64,000 bases of DNA from positions 22,993 through 86,992 of IMG/VR virus record IMGVR_UViG_3300032038_000047; one strand, given 5' to 3'. The notes beneath the pieces are model-generated. The model was given only the letters and a program-made list of their open reading frames with translations, made no database searches and was not told where the DNA came from. Shown piece by piece: positions 52,881 to 62,629 of this stretch; within the stretch, counting starts at the first letter, position 1, and each line of letters starts with the position of its first letter. Source of the stretch: a virus (taxonomy: Duplodnaviria; Heunggongvirae; Uroviricota; Caudoviricetes). Made by a program: the position numbers and the translations under genes.

Positions 52881-55800
52881 GTGGACTTTATGCTCGTTAG
52901 TGTCAAATCACTGAAGAAAGATGAGATGGTCATCTACCCCAAGTTCATCGTTACCAGCAGCAAGGATCTCATGGTGCGCGGTGGCGATTTTTATGCGGTT
53001 TGGGACGACGAGAAAGGCATGTGGTCAACTGATCAGGACGACGTCACCCGGCTGATTGATCACGAGCTGGATCAGTACAAAGAGGAACACGCAGACCTGG
53101 CAGGTGCCAAGGTCCTCCACATGTGGGACGCCGACTCCGGAATGATCGACAAATGGCTTAAGTATGTACAGAAGCAGCTGCGGGACAACTATCATCCTCT
53201 GGACGAGAAACTGATATTTGCAAACTCCCCGATTGACCGGATGGACTATGCCAGCAAACGTCTGCCCTATGCTCTGGAGAAAGCAGAGACTCCTGCGTAC
53301 GAGGAGCTCATCTCCACATTATATTCTCCGGAAGAGCGGAAGAAGATTGAGTGGGCAATCGGCTCGGTTGTAGCCGGGGACTCCAAGAAGATTCAGAAGT
53401 TTCTGGTGTTCTACGGATCCGCCGGAACGGGCAAGTCAACGATCCTGAACATCATCCAGCAGCTCTTTGACGGATATTGTACCAGCTTCGATGCAAAAGC
53501 GCTGGGGTCTTCATCGGGAGAGTTTGCACTGGAGCCATTCAAAAAGAACCCTCTGGTGGCGATTCAGCACGATGGCAACCTGAGCAGAATCGAGGATAAT
53601 ACCCGGCTCAACAGTCTGGTCTCCCATGAGGAGATGACCGTCAACGAGAAGTTCAAGTCTCAATACACAGCAAGATTTCAGGCAATGTTATTTATGGGCA
53701 CCAACACGCCGGTCCGGATCACTGACAGCCGGTCCGGCATTATTCGCCGGCTCATTGATGTTTCCCCAACTGGAAACACGGTTCCTCTCAAGCGGTACAA
53801 CCAGCTGAAGGAGCAGGTCAAGTTTGAGCTCGGCGGAATTGCCCAGCACTGTCTGGAGGTCTATGAGAGCGATAAGGACGCCTATGAGAATTATATTCCC
53901 ACCAGCATGATCGGAGCGACCAATGACTTCTACAACTTTGTGGAGGAGTACTATGAGGAGTTCATTGCGGAAGATCCGGTGTCTTTGAACTTTGCATGGA
54001 TATTGTACAAGCACTACTGCGACGACGCCAAAGTGTCCTACCCTTACGGAAAACGAGTGTTCAAGGAAGAGCTCAAAAATTACTTCCGGGAATTCGAGGA
54101 CCGCGGGAAGAACAAGAAGGGCGAACTGACCAGAAGTCTTTATCGAGGGTTCCGTATGGAGCGCATGGGATATTCTGTGCAGGCGGATGCGGAAAGTGGA
54201 CAGGCAGAAGCAGCCGATCAGGAGGCCGAGGTAAACCCTTCGGCGGAGGAGGCTGTTGACATTCCGCCTTGGCTGATATTTGACAAGACAGAATCGCTGT
54301 TTGACAAGGAGTATGGGGATTGCCCGGCGCAGTATGCCAACGACGAGGGGACGCCCTTGAAAAGCTGGGACAACGTCCAGACTACCCTTGCTGATATTTC
54401 CACAGACAAACTGCACTATGTACGAACGCCGCTGCAGCTGATCGTCATAGATTTCGACATCAAGAACGACTCTGGCCAGAAGTCCCTGGAGCGAAACATT
54501 GCGGCAGCTTCCAAGTGGCCTGCAACATACGCAGAGCTGAGCAAAAGCGGCCAGGGCATCCATCTCCATTATATTTACAACGGAGATGTGGCGGCTCTGA
54601 GCAGGGTCTACGACGACAATGTGGAGGTCAAGATATTCAACGGAAAGAGTTCCCTCCGAAGAATGCTGACCAGATGCAACGACAGACCCATCGCAACGAT
54701 CAATTCCGGTTTGCCATTGAAAGGAGATCGCAAAATGGTGAACCACAGAACCATCAAGACAGAAGCGGGACTCAGATCCATGATCAAGCGTAATCTGCAG
54801 AAGGAGATTGGTGGCTTCACAAAGGTCAGCGTGGATTTTATCTACAACGATCTGGAAGCGGCATACAATGCAGGATTCAAATACGATGTGAGTGATCTTC
54901 GTCCGGCTGTATTCAGTTTCGCCGGCAGGAGTCATAACAACAAAGACTACTGCACGAGACTGGTTCGCAAGATGAAGTTTAAGTCAGAGGACCCGGCGGA
55001 ACCGGAAGCTTATCCTGATATTTCAGAGGTCGACCTTGCCTATGCGGAAGAAGCGCAGAAGGCCGATACGGGAGAGGCCAAGGCGGACGGTCCACTGATA
55101 TTTTTCGACGTGGAGGTATTCCCGAACCTCTGCGTTATTGTGTATAAGGCTGCCGGCTGCCCGGCGGTGAAGATGATCAACCCGTCTGCGGAAGAGGTAC
55201 GGCAGCTTATGCGGATGCGGCTGGTGGGCTTCAACAACCTTGGGTACGACAATTATATTCTCTATGCCATTGTGCAGGGCTTCTCTGTGGCGCAGCTTTA
55301 CAAGCTTTCCCGTCGGCTTATTAACAACGAGCGAGTCGGCATGCGGGAAGCAAGGAATGTCTCCTACACGGATATTTTCGACTTCTCTGCTACAAAGCAG
55401 AGCCTGAAGAAGTGGGAGATCGCCCTGGATATTCACCATCAGGAGCTGGGTCTTCCATGGGACGAGCCGGTACCGGAGGAACTGTGGCCGAAAGTTGCCG
55501 AGTACTGCGTCAATGACGTGGTGGCAACGGAGGCGCTATTCTTCCATCAAAACGCTGATTGGACCGCGAGGCAGATCCTGGCGGATGTGGCGGACAAGAC
55601 CGTCAACGACACCACCAACACGCTTACCACTGCAATTATATTCGGCGGCAACCGCAATCCGCAGGGAGAATTCAACTATCGGGATATGGGAAAAATGCCC
55701 AGCGGCCATTCTGGACTAAAGAACTGGCCCGGTCTGGACTGTGATCCGGAGTTCACGGTGTTCGACGATCTCGGACGGCCGGTGTTCCCTGGATATTCTT

Positions 55801-57044
55801 TTACCTTCGATAAGGAGGCGAAAAAGAAGGTCAGCTTCTACAGAGGGGAAGATCCTAAGGAGGGCGGCTATGTATATGCCGAGCCCGGGATCTACTGGGA
55901 TGTGGCGCTGCTTGATATTGCGTCCATGCATCCGTCAAGCATCGTAGCGGAAGAACTGTTTGGCCCGATTTATACCGCTCGATTTAAGGAACTTCTGGAT
56001 GCCCGTATCGCCATCAAGCATAAGGACTTCGACAAAGCCCGGACAATGCTGGACGGCAAGCTGGCGCCTTATATTCAGAAGGTTATCGACGGTGAGATTA
56101 CGACCAAGGATCTGGCCTATGCCCTGAAGATTGCGATCAACTCGGTATACGGGCTGACTGCTGCCAACTTTGAGAACCCCTTCCACGACCCCAGGAATCA
56201 AGACAACATTGTGGCGAAACGAGGCGCGCTGTTCATGATCAACCTTAAACATGAGGTGCAGAGCAGAGGCTTTACAGTGGCCCATATCAAGACCGATTCC
56301 ATCAAGATTCCAAATGCCACGCCGGAGATCATCCAGTTCGTTACGGACTACGGAAAGCTGTATGGATATTCCTTCGAGCACGAGGCGACCTACAGCAAGA
56401 TGTGCCTGGTGAACGACGCTGTGTACGTGGCTCGTTACGCCGCCAAAGAGAAGTGTGAGGAGCTTTACGGATATATTCCGGGAGACAACTACGAGCACGG
56501 CGGCGACTGGACGGCCACCGGCACACAGTTCCAGGTTCCATATGTCTTTAAGACGCTCTTCAGCCATGAGCCAATCGAGTTCAAGGACATGTGCGAGACT
56601 AAGGCGGTCAAGACAGCATTATATTTGGACATGAACGAGAACCTTCCGGATGTGGAAGCGGAAGAGAAGGAACTGGTGAAGCTTAAGAAGAAGCTGGCCG
56701 ATGAAAAGAAGCCTCCTTCCGAGGCGGATCGGGCTGCGATTGAGCAGCGTGTCGCAAAGCTCTCGGTTGATATTCCGAAGGGGCACGATTACCAGTTCGT
56801 CGGAAAGGTCGGATGCTTCTGCCCGGTCAAAGCAGGTCTTGGCGCCGGCAAGCTGATGCGTCAGGGCGCCAATGGATATTCTGCTGTAGGCGGAACCACC
56901 GGCTACCGCTGGATGGAGGCCGAGAAGCTGGCTCAGACCCCAAACTGGGATCAGTACATTGACAAAACCTATTATGCAGCGATGGTTGACACCGCTGTGG
57001 AAGCTATTTCGAAATACGGAGACTTTGAAGAGTTCTCTGCATGA
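52881..57044 (+). CDS. Replication fusion protein: P4/D5-like primase with SF3 helicase, plus a C-terminal family-B DNA polymerase with proofreading
   Basis: Walker A 'VFYGSAGTGKSTIL' (D5/P4-type SF3 helicase). A prim-pol-like 'IVIDFDIKND...GQGIHLHYIY'. Exo I 'IFFDVEVFPN'. PolB motif A 'LDIASMHPSSI' (DxxSLYPS) and motif C-like 'VAHIKTDSIKI' (..DTDS). The start is GTG at 52881 or ATG at 52890. Confidence 0.7.
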   Translation: MDFMLVSVKSLKKDEMVIYPKFIVTSSKDLMVRGGDFYAVWDDEKGMWSTDQDDVTRLIDHELDQYKEEHADLAGAKVLHMWDADSGMIDKWLKYVQKQLRDNYHPLDEKLIFANSPIDRMDYASKRLPYALEKAETPAYEELISTLYSPEERKKIEWAIGSVVAGDSKKIQKFLVFYGSAGTGKSTILNIIQQLFDGYCTSFDAKALGSSSGEFALEPFKKNPLVAIQHDGNLSRIEDNTRLNSLVSHEEMTVNEKFKSQYTARFQAMLFMGTNTPVRITDSRSGIIRRLIDVSPTGNTVPLKRYNQLKEQVKFELGGIAQHCLEVYESDKDAYENYIPTSMIGATNDFYNFVEEYYEEFIAEDPVSLNFAWILYKHYCDDAKVSYPYGKRVFKEELKNYFREFEDRGKNKKGELTRSLYRGFRMERMGYSVQADAESGQAEAADQEAEVNPSAEEAVDIPPWLIFDKTESLFDKEYGDCPAQYANDEGTPLKSWDNVQTTLADISTDKLHYVRTPLQLIVIDFDIKNDSGQKSLERNIAAASKWPATYAELSKSGQGIHLHYIYNGDVAALSRVYDDNVEVKIFNGKSSLRRMLTRCNDRPIATINSGLPLKGDRKMVNHRTIKTEAGLRSMIKRNLQKEIGGFTKVSVDFIYNDLEAAYNAGFKYDVSDLRPAVFSFAGRSHNNKDYCTRLVRKMKFKSEDPAEPEAYPDISEVDLAYAEEAQKADTGEAKADGPLIFFDVEVFPNLCVIVYKAAGCPAVKMINPSAEEVRQLMRMRLVGFNNLGYDNYILYAIVQGFSVAQLYKLSRRLINNERVGMREARNVSYTDIFDFSATKQSLKKWEIALDIHHQELGLPWDEPVPEELWPKVAEYCVNDVVATEALFFHQNADWTARQILADVADKTVNDTTNTLTTAIIFGGNRNPQGEFNYRDMGKMPSGHSGLKNWPGLDCDPEFTVFDDLGRPVFPGYSFTFDKEAKKKVSFYRGEDPKEGGYVYAEPGIYWDVALLDIASMHPSSIVAEELFGPIYTARFKELLDARIAIKHKDFDKARTMLDGKLAPYIQKVIDGEITTKDLAYALKIAINSVYGLTAANFENPFHDPRNQDNIVAKRGALFMINLKHEVQSRGFTVAHIKTDSIKIPNATPEIIQFVTDYGKLYGYSFEHEATYSKMCLVNDAVYVARYAAKEKCEELYGYIPGDNYEHGGDWTATGTQFQVPYVFKTLFSHEPIEFKDMCETKAVKTALYLDMNENLPDVEAEEKELVKLKKKLADEKKPPSEADRAAIEQRVAKLSVDIPKGHDYQFVGKVGCFCPVKAGLGAGKLMRQGANGYSAVGGTTGYRWMEAEKLAQTPNWDQYIDKTYYAAMVDTAVEAISKYGDFEEFSA

Positions 57045-57063
57045 TATTTAGGAGGAATTAATT

Positions 57064-57600
57064 ATGGCTTACATTGACAACATTATTCTGCGGGACGTGA
57101 AGGTCATGTCCAAGAACTTCAGCGGCATGGAGAAGATCTATAATGGCCGCACCGTGAACACCAAGGGCAGCCGTAATTTCTGCCCGGAGCTGCCGGAAAA
57201 TCTGGCACTCCAGATGAAGGAGGAGGGCTGGAACGTCAAGCACACCAATCCTCAGGATCCGGACGAGCCCGTGCGCTATTATATTCAGGTGGCGCTTCAG
57301 TTCCGGGACCGGTACAACGAGCCCGTCCGCCCCAAGTTCCGTCCGAAGGTTGTTCGGGTGGACAGCCATGGGGATCATATTATGCTCAATGAGGACACGG
57401 TAGAAGAATTGGACGATGACGAGATCATCAAGGCCAACATCAAGATCCGCGGTCGTGAGTATGAGCCCGGCAAGATCAAGGCCTATGCCAAGGTGCTCTA
57501 CGCCTGGGTGGACGAAGCAGATCCCTTCGCTAACGACTTCCGGGAGGCGGAAGACTTCCCCGGCGCTGATGATGAGCTGGACGACTTGCCCTTTGATTGA
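57064..57600 (+). CDS. Hypothetical acidic protein
   Basis: 178 aa with TTAGGAGGAATTAATT RBS. Confidence 0.45.
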   Translation: MAYIDNIILRDVKVMSKNFSGMEKIYNGRTVNTKGSRNFCPELPENLALQMKEEGWNVKHTNPQDPDEPVRYYIQVALQFRDRYNEPVRPKFRPKVVRVDSHGDHIMLNEDTVEELDDDEIIKANIKIRGREYEPGKIKAYAKVLYAWVDEADPFANDFREAEDFPGADDELDDLPFD

Positions 57601-57684
57601 TATTTGAGAGCACGCTTTTTGCGTAACCCTGCCCCTGATGCCCTGGCCGGTGTCAGGGGCTTTACTGATATTTAGGAGGCGCTT

Positions 57685-58917
57685 GTGAGCATCTCACTGT
57701 ATGAGCACCAACAGCAGGCGCTTGAGAAACTGAGGAACGGCTCGGTTCTCTGCGGCGGGGTTGGGTCTGGAAAGTCCCGGACGGCCATTGCCTATTACTT
57801 TGTGAAAGAATGCGGCGGCCGGATCGACGGAAAGGCCCATGGATATTCTGAGAATTACGTTCCGATGGAGAATCCGAAGGATCTGTACATCATCACCACC
57901 GCCCAGAAGCGGGATAAGAAGGAGTGGGAGGCGGAGTGTATTCCATTCCTTCTCATCGGCTCTCCTGATATTTGTCCCTACAGCATCAAGGTGACCGTCG
58001 ATTCCTGGAACAACATCGCCAAGTACAAGGATGTGACGAACAGCTTCTTTATATTTGACGAACAGCGGGTGGTCGGCTATGGCAAGTGGTCCAAAACCTT
58101 CATTCGGATCTCACGGCGGAATCACTGGATCCTGCTCAGTGCCACGCCCGGCGACACCTGGATGGACTACATCCCGGTGTTCATCGCCAATGGATATTAC
58201 CGTAACAAAACAGACTTTGTGAACACTCATGTGGTCTATGCGGCATATTCCAAGTTCCCAAAGGTGGAACGGTATATGGGGGAGCGGCATTTGGAAAAAC
58301 TGCGGGAGCAGATCCTTGTCAACATGGACTACCACAAACCGGCCCAGTCGCACCACATTGATATTCTGACCGAGTACGACCGGGAGACGTTCAAGGACGT
58401 GATCCGCCGCAGGTGGAATATTTACGAGGACAAGCCCATCGTCAACAGCGCCGAGCTGTTCTATCTGATGCGTAAAGTGGTGAACAGCAGCCCGGCCAGA
58501 GCCGAGGCCATCCGGAAGCTGGCGGATGCCCATCCGAAGGCAATTATATTCTACAACTTCGACTACGAGCTGGAGATTCTCCGGGCGATTCCCTATGCGG
58601 ACGGAACCGTGGTCGCCGAATGGAATGGCCACCGGCATGAGCAGATCCCAAAGGCGGAGCGCTGGGTATATCTGGTGCAGTACTCCGCCGGAGCCGAAGG
58701 ATGGAACTGCATCGAGACCGACACCACCATCTTCTACTCTCAGAACTATTCTTACAAGATCCTGGTTCAGGCGTCCGGACGGATCGACCGGCTGAACACG
58801 CCGTACAAAGACTTATATTTTTACCATCTCAAGTCAAGAGCCTGGATCGACGCGGCCATTGCACGGGCCCTGAAAGCCAAGAAAAACTTCAACGAGCGCT
58901 CTTACAAGCTCCATTGA
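57685..58917 (+). CDS. DEAD/DEAH-like superfamily-2 DNA helicase
   Basis: Motif I 'GGVGSGKS', motif II 'FDEQ' and motif III 'SATPG'. GTG start with TTAGGAGG RBS. Confidence 0.65.
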   Translation: MSISLYEHQQQALEKLRNGSVLCGGVGSGKSRTAIAYYFVKECGGRIDGKAHGYSENYVPMENPKDLYIITTAQKRDKKEWEAECIPFLLIGSPDICPYSIKVTVDSWNNIAKYKDVTNSFFIFDEQRVVGYGKWSKTFIRISRRNHWILLSATPGDTWMDYIPVFIANGYYRNKTDFVNTHVVYAAYSKFPKVERYMGERHLEKLREQILVNMDYHKPAQSHHIDILTEYDRETFKDVIRRRWNIYEDKPIVNSAELFYLMRKVVNSSPARAEAIRKLADAHPKAIIFYNFDYELEILRAIPYADGTVVAEWNGHRHEQIPKAERWVYLVQYSAGAEGWNCIETDTTIFYSQNYSYKILVQASGRIDRLNTPYKDLYFYHLKSRAWIDAAIARALKAKKNFNERSYKLH

Positions 58918-58920
58918 TAT

Positions 58921-58948
58921 TCCGCAAGAAATACAACGGCTATAATAG
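58921..58948 (+). promoter_or_regulatory. Copy of the phage promoter motif upstream of the VRR-NUC gene
   Basis: TCCGCAAGAAATACAACGGCTATAATAG. Confidence 0.4.
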
Positions 58949-59005
58949 GAGAGATAGGAGATGCGCCTTACATCTCATTTATTTTTGAGTCGAGGAGGCT
59001 CTTCT

Positions 59006-59302
59006 ATGCGGGAAAACCAGTTTCAAGCGAGACTTATCAAGGACATCAAGAAGCGCTTGCCCGGTTGCATCGTGCTGAAGAATGACCCGGATTATATTCA
59101 GGGCATTCCGGATCTCACGGTGCTGTACGGGAACCGATGGGCGTTTCTGGAGTGCAAACGCTCCGAAACAGAGTCCCATCAACCGAATCAGGACTATTAT
59201 ATTTCTACGGCCGATGCAATGTCATTCGGTCGTTTTGTTTTTCCCGAAAACAAGCAGGAGGTACTTGATGAACTTCAACAATCACTACAATCTGATTGGT
59301 AA
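59006..59302 (+). CDS. VRR-NUC domain nuclease
   Basis: 'GIPDLTVLYGNRWAFLECKRSE' contains the PD-(D/E)xK core typical of VRR-NUC. Confidence 0.6.
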   Translation: MRENQFQARLIKDIKKRLPGCIVLKNDPDYIQGIPDLTVLYGNRWAFLECKRSETESHQPNQDYYISTADAMSFGRFVFPENKQEVLDELQQSLQSDW

Positions 59303-59834
59303 GCACGCATTCCTGGGAGCCAGCAACTACCACTGGCTCAACTACGACATGGAGAAATTGATATCCACTTACCGAAACCGGCAGGCGGTTCAGCGGGGAA
59401 CCGAGCTCCATGCCTTTGCCAAGAATGCGATTGATCTGAGAATCAAGCTCCCACGCAACAAACAGACCCTCAGCATGTATGTGAACGATGCCATTGGCTA
59501 TCGGATGACTCCGGAGCAGGTGCTTTGTTATTCCGACAACTGCTTTGGAACCGCCGACGCCATCAGCTATAACGAGAATCAGAAGCTTTTGCGTATTCAT
59601 GACCTGAAAACCGGTGCCACGCCGGCTTCCATGAACCAGCTTCTTATTTACATGGCCATGTTCTGCCTGGAGTACGATATTGACCCGTCCAAGATTGACG
59701 CTGAGCTCCGCATCTACCAGAGCGACGAAGTGAACGTTTTGAATCCGACGACGGATGATATTATGCCGGTCATTGAGGCCATGATTGACGCCGATGAATG
59801 CATCTCACAATTACAAGCGGAGGGTAGAGACTGA
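59268..59834 (+). CDS. Hypothetical protein
   Basis: AGCAGGAGG RBS with ATG at 59268, in frame with the longer ORF at 59082. Confidence 0.45.
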   Translation: MNFNNHYNLIGKHAFLGASNYHWLNYDMEKLISTYRNRQAVQRGTELHAFAKNAIDLRIKLPRNKQTLSMYVNDAIGYRMTPEQVLCYSDNCFGTADAISYNENQKLLRIHDLKTGATPASMNQLLIYMAMFCLEYDIDPSKIDAELRIYQSDEVNVLNPTTDDIMPVIEAMIDADECISQLQAEGRD

Positions 59835-62563
59835 TGGACACAATGTTTACTGATATTTTGGACTTGCCGTTCCCGGATGACCAACTTGCGCACTACGGAA
59901 CACCTCGGCACAGCGGACGCTATCCCTGGGGTTCCGGTAAAAATCCGCAGCGCCATAAGAACTTTCTGACCATGGATGCGGAGCTCAAGAAGCAGGGCCT
60001 CAGTGAAAAAGAGCGGGCTCAGGCTATGGGCATGTCCACCACCGAACTGCGGGCCATGAAATCTATTGCCAGCGACGCGCACAAGGCGGAAGTGGCAGCA
60101 CAGGTGATTAAACTCCGCAAGACAGGTATGTCCTTTGACGCCATTGCACAGGAAACCGGTGTTTCAGCCTCCAGCGCCAGAAATATGGTAAAAGAGGATT
60201 ATGCCATTAAGCTTAGTTCCGACCGCAAGCTGGCTGAAGTGCTCAAAGAGCAGGTGGAACAGCACCCGTATCTGGATATTGGCGCCGGTGTCGAGCGACA
60301 GCTCGGCGTATCCGACACGAAGCTGAAAACAGCGGTCAAGATTCTGGAGCAGGAAGGATATTCGAAGAAGTACCTGAAAGTCGAGCAGGCCGGAAATCCC
60401 GGACAGTTTACGACGGTTATGGTGCTGGCCAAGGACAACGTGACCTATGAGGAGCTCAGGGAACACAAAGACCAGATTATTTCTCCCCAAGGCGTATTTT
60501 CCAATGACGGCGGAAATACCTTTCTTGGCATCAAACCGCCGGTCAGCATCGATTCCAAACGTATTGATATTTGCTATGCCGAGCAGGGCGGAACCGAGAA
60601 AGACGGCCTGATTGAGATCCGTCCCGGTGTCCCTGATATTTCCCTTGGCGATAACCGCTACGCCCAGGTCCGTATTGCGGTCGACGGAACGCACTATCTG
60701 AAGGGCATGGCCGTCTACAACGACAAACTTCCCGACGGTGTTGATATTCGCTTCAATACCAACAAGGATTCTTCCAAATCCAAGATGGAAGTTCTCAAAG
60801 AGATGAACACCATCAAAGCAACCGGCGAAGTGGATATGGATAATCCCTTTGGAGCCACTATCCGTCAGTATGAATACGAGGATGAAAAAGGCAATAAACA
60901 TTTGTCCGCCATCAATATCGTAAATAACGATGAAGACTGGGCCAAATGGTCCAAAACTCTGTCCTCTCAGATGTTGTCGAAGCAGTCTCCGGCCTTGGCC
61001 AAGCAGCAACTGGATATTACGTACGATCGCAAGAAGCAGGAATTCAACGAGATCATGGCGCTCACAAACCCGGTTCTCAAGAAACATCTGCTGGAGTCTT
61101 TTGCCGACGGTTGTGACTCCGCTGCTGTGGACCTGAAGGCCGCCGCCCTTCCGAGACAGGCTACCAAGGTTCTTATTCCAATGCCGAGCCTCAAAGACGA
61201 CGAGATTTTCGCCCCGTCCTACAACAACGGCGAGCAGGTCGTGCTGATCCGATATCCTCATGGCGGAACCTTTGAAATTCCGACGCTGACTGTAAACAAT
61301 AAGGCAAAAGAGGGCATTGACACCATTGGCAAGGACGCCCGAAACGCGGTTGGTATCAACGCCAAAGTGGCGGAGCGGTTATCCGGCGCCGATTTTGACG
61401 GCGATACGGTTACGGTTATTCCCATTGTCGGACAGAAGATCAAGACCAGCAACGCTTTGGAAGGCCTGAAGGACTTTGACCCGAAGCATGAGTACCGCGC
61501 CTACGAAGGGATGCCCAAGACCTGCAAGGAGAACGGTTTCCAGAAGCAGATGGAGATGGGCAAGGTCTCCAATCTGATCACCGACATGACCATTCGGGGT
61601 GCTACAGAGGATGAAATCGCCAGAGCGGTCCGGCATTCCATGGTCGTCATCGATGCGGAGAAGCACAACCTGGACTGGAAGCGTTCCTACCAGGAGAACC
61701 GGATTGCCGAGCTGAAAGAGAAGTATCAGGGCGGCGCCAACAAGGGTGCCTCCACGCTTATTTCGCAGGCAAGCTCCGATACCAGAGTGAATGAACGCAA
61801 ATCCGGCTACAAGATTGACCCCGATACCGGTGAGAAGATCTATACCGAGACCGGCCGAACCTACAAGACCGAGAAGGTCATGAAGGACGGCAGCGTCAAA
61901 ACCGAGATTCATAAAGCCCAGGAGAAGTCCACAAAGATGGCGGAAGCCTCTGATGCGTTCGAGCTCTCCTCCGGCACCAGAATCGAGAATGTGTACGCGA
62001 CGCATGCCAACAAGCTTAAAGCTTTGGCCAACGAAGCCCGCAAAGCATACGTGGCTACCGAAAACCCCAAACGGAACCCAACTGCGGCAAAAGAGTATGC
62101 GCCCGAGGTATCCTCTCTGCTGGCAAAACTGAACATTGCGCTGAAGAATGCGCCGAATGAGCGAAAAGCACAGCTTGTGGCCAGTAAAGTGGTTGAGACG
62201 AAAATTGAGCACAATCCAGAGCTGAAAGATGATGACGAGCATTTGAGCCGCGTCAGACGCCAGGCTCTTGCGGAAGCCCGTGCCAGAAGCGGAGCTCTGA
62301 GCAGGAAAGAGCGCAATATCGATATCACAGACCGGGAATGGGAAGCCATCCAGGCCAACGCCATCAGCCCGACCCAGCTCAAGACCATTTTATCCAATAC
62401 GGACCTTGACAAGCTGAAGGAACGCGCCACTCCGCGCAATAACAAGTCCCTGAACAGTGCCGCATTATCAAGAGCCAGATCGCTGCTGAACAGGGGCTAC
62501 ACATGGGCTGAAGTTTCCGAGCAAGTCGGGATCTCTGTCAGCACGTTGCAGAAGCAGATCTGA
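59834..62563 (+). CDS. Large (909 aa) hypothetical protein with several HTH-like segments
   Basis: N-terminal HTH-like repeats ('GLSEKERAQAMGMSTTELRAMKS', 'GMSFDAIAQETGVSASSARNMVKE') and a C-terminal 'YTWAEVSEQVGISVSTLQKQI'. No ATPase motifs, so it is not a terminase. It lies directly upstream of the CTATTGATATTT iteron array. Confidence 0.5.
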   Translation: MDTMFTDILDLPFPDDQLAHYGTPRHSGRYPWGSGKNPQRHKNFLTMDAELKKQGLSEKERAQAMGMSTTELRAMKSIASDAHKAEVAAQVIKLRKTGMSFDAIAQETGVSASSARNMVKEDYAIKLSSDRKLAEVLKEQVEQHPYLDIGAGVERQLGVSDTKLKTAVKILEQEGYSKKYLKVEQAGNPGQFTTVMVLAKDNVTYEELREHKDQIISPQGVFSNDGGNTFLGIKPPVSIDSKRIDICYAEQGGTEKDGLIEIRPGVPDISLGDNRYAQVRIAVDGTHYLKGMAVYNDKLPDGVDIRFNTNKDSSKSKMEVLKEMNTIKATGEVDMDNPFGATIRQYEYEDEKGNKHLSAINIVNNDEDWAKWSKTLSSQMLSKQSPALAKQQLDITYDRKKQEFNEIMALTNPVLKKHLLESFADGCDSAAVDLKAAALPRQATKVLIPMPSLKDDEIFAPSYNNGEQVVLIRYPHGGTFEIPTLTVNNKAKEGIDTIGKDARNAVGINAKVAERLSGADFDGDTVTVIPIVGQKIKTSNALEGLKDFDPKHEYRAYEGMPKTCKENGFQKQMEMGKVSNLITDMTIRGATEDEIARAVRHSMVVIDAEKHNLDWKRSYQENRIAELKEKYQGGANKGASTLISQASSDTRVNERKSGYKIDPDTGEKIYTETGRTYKTEKVMKDGSVKTEIHKAQEKSTKMAEASDAFELSSGTRIENVYATHANKLKALANEARKAYVATENPKRNPTAAKEYAPEVSSLLAKLNIALKNAPNERKAQLVASKVVETKIEHNPELKDDDEHLSRVRRQALAEARARSGALSRKERNIDITDREWEAIQANAISPTQLKTILSNTDLDKLKERATPRNNKSLNSAALSRARSLLNRGYTWAEVSEQVGISVSTLQKQI

Positions 62564-62629
62564 TTTCACTGATATTCTCAGAATACTTGTGAAAAGGGCT
62601 TTTGCACCTGAAAAAGCATCCAACAGCAA

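Noticed and set aside
52854-52890. The GTG at 52854 as the start of the replication gene.
   Set aside because: The GGAAAGGAGG Shine-Dalgarno lies downstream of it, inside the ORF. The start is more likely GTG at 52881 or ATG at 52890.
53688-54935. 415-aa minus-strand ORF inside the polymerase gene. Similar antisense ORFs occur at 60164-61261, 61379-62242, 32095-32805, 32793-33551, 49249-50208, 50189-51295 and 17968-19038(+).
   Set aside because: All of them are antisense shadows of longer + strand (or, for int, minus-strand) genes with recognisable motifs. The gene organisation is almost uniformly co-directional.
59834-62563. Large terminase subunit.
   Set aside because: There is no Walker A/B ATPase motif and no nuclease motif. 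Multiple HTH-like segments suggest a DNA-binding protein. The packaging genes are probably beyond the window end.
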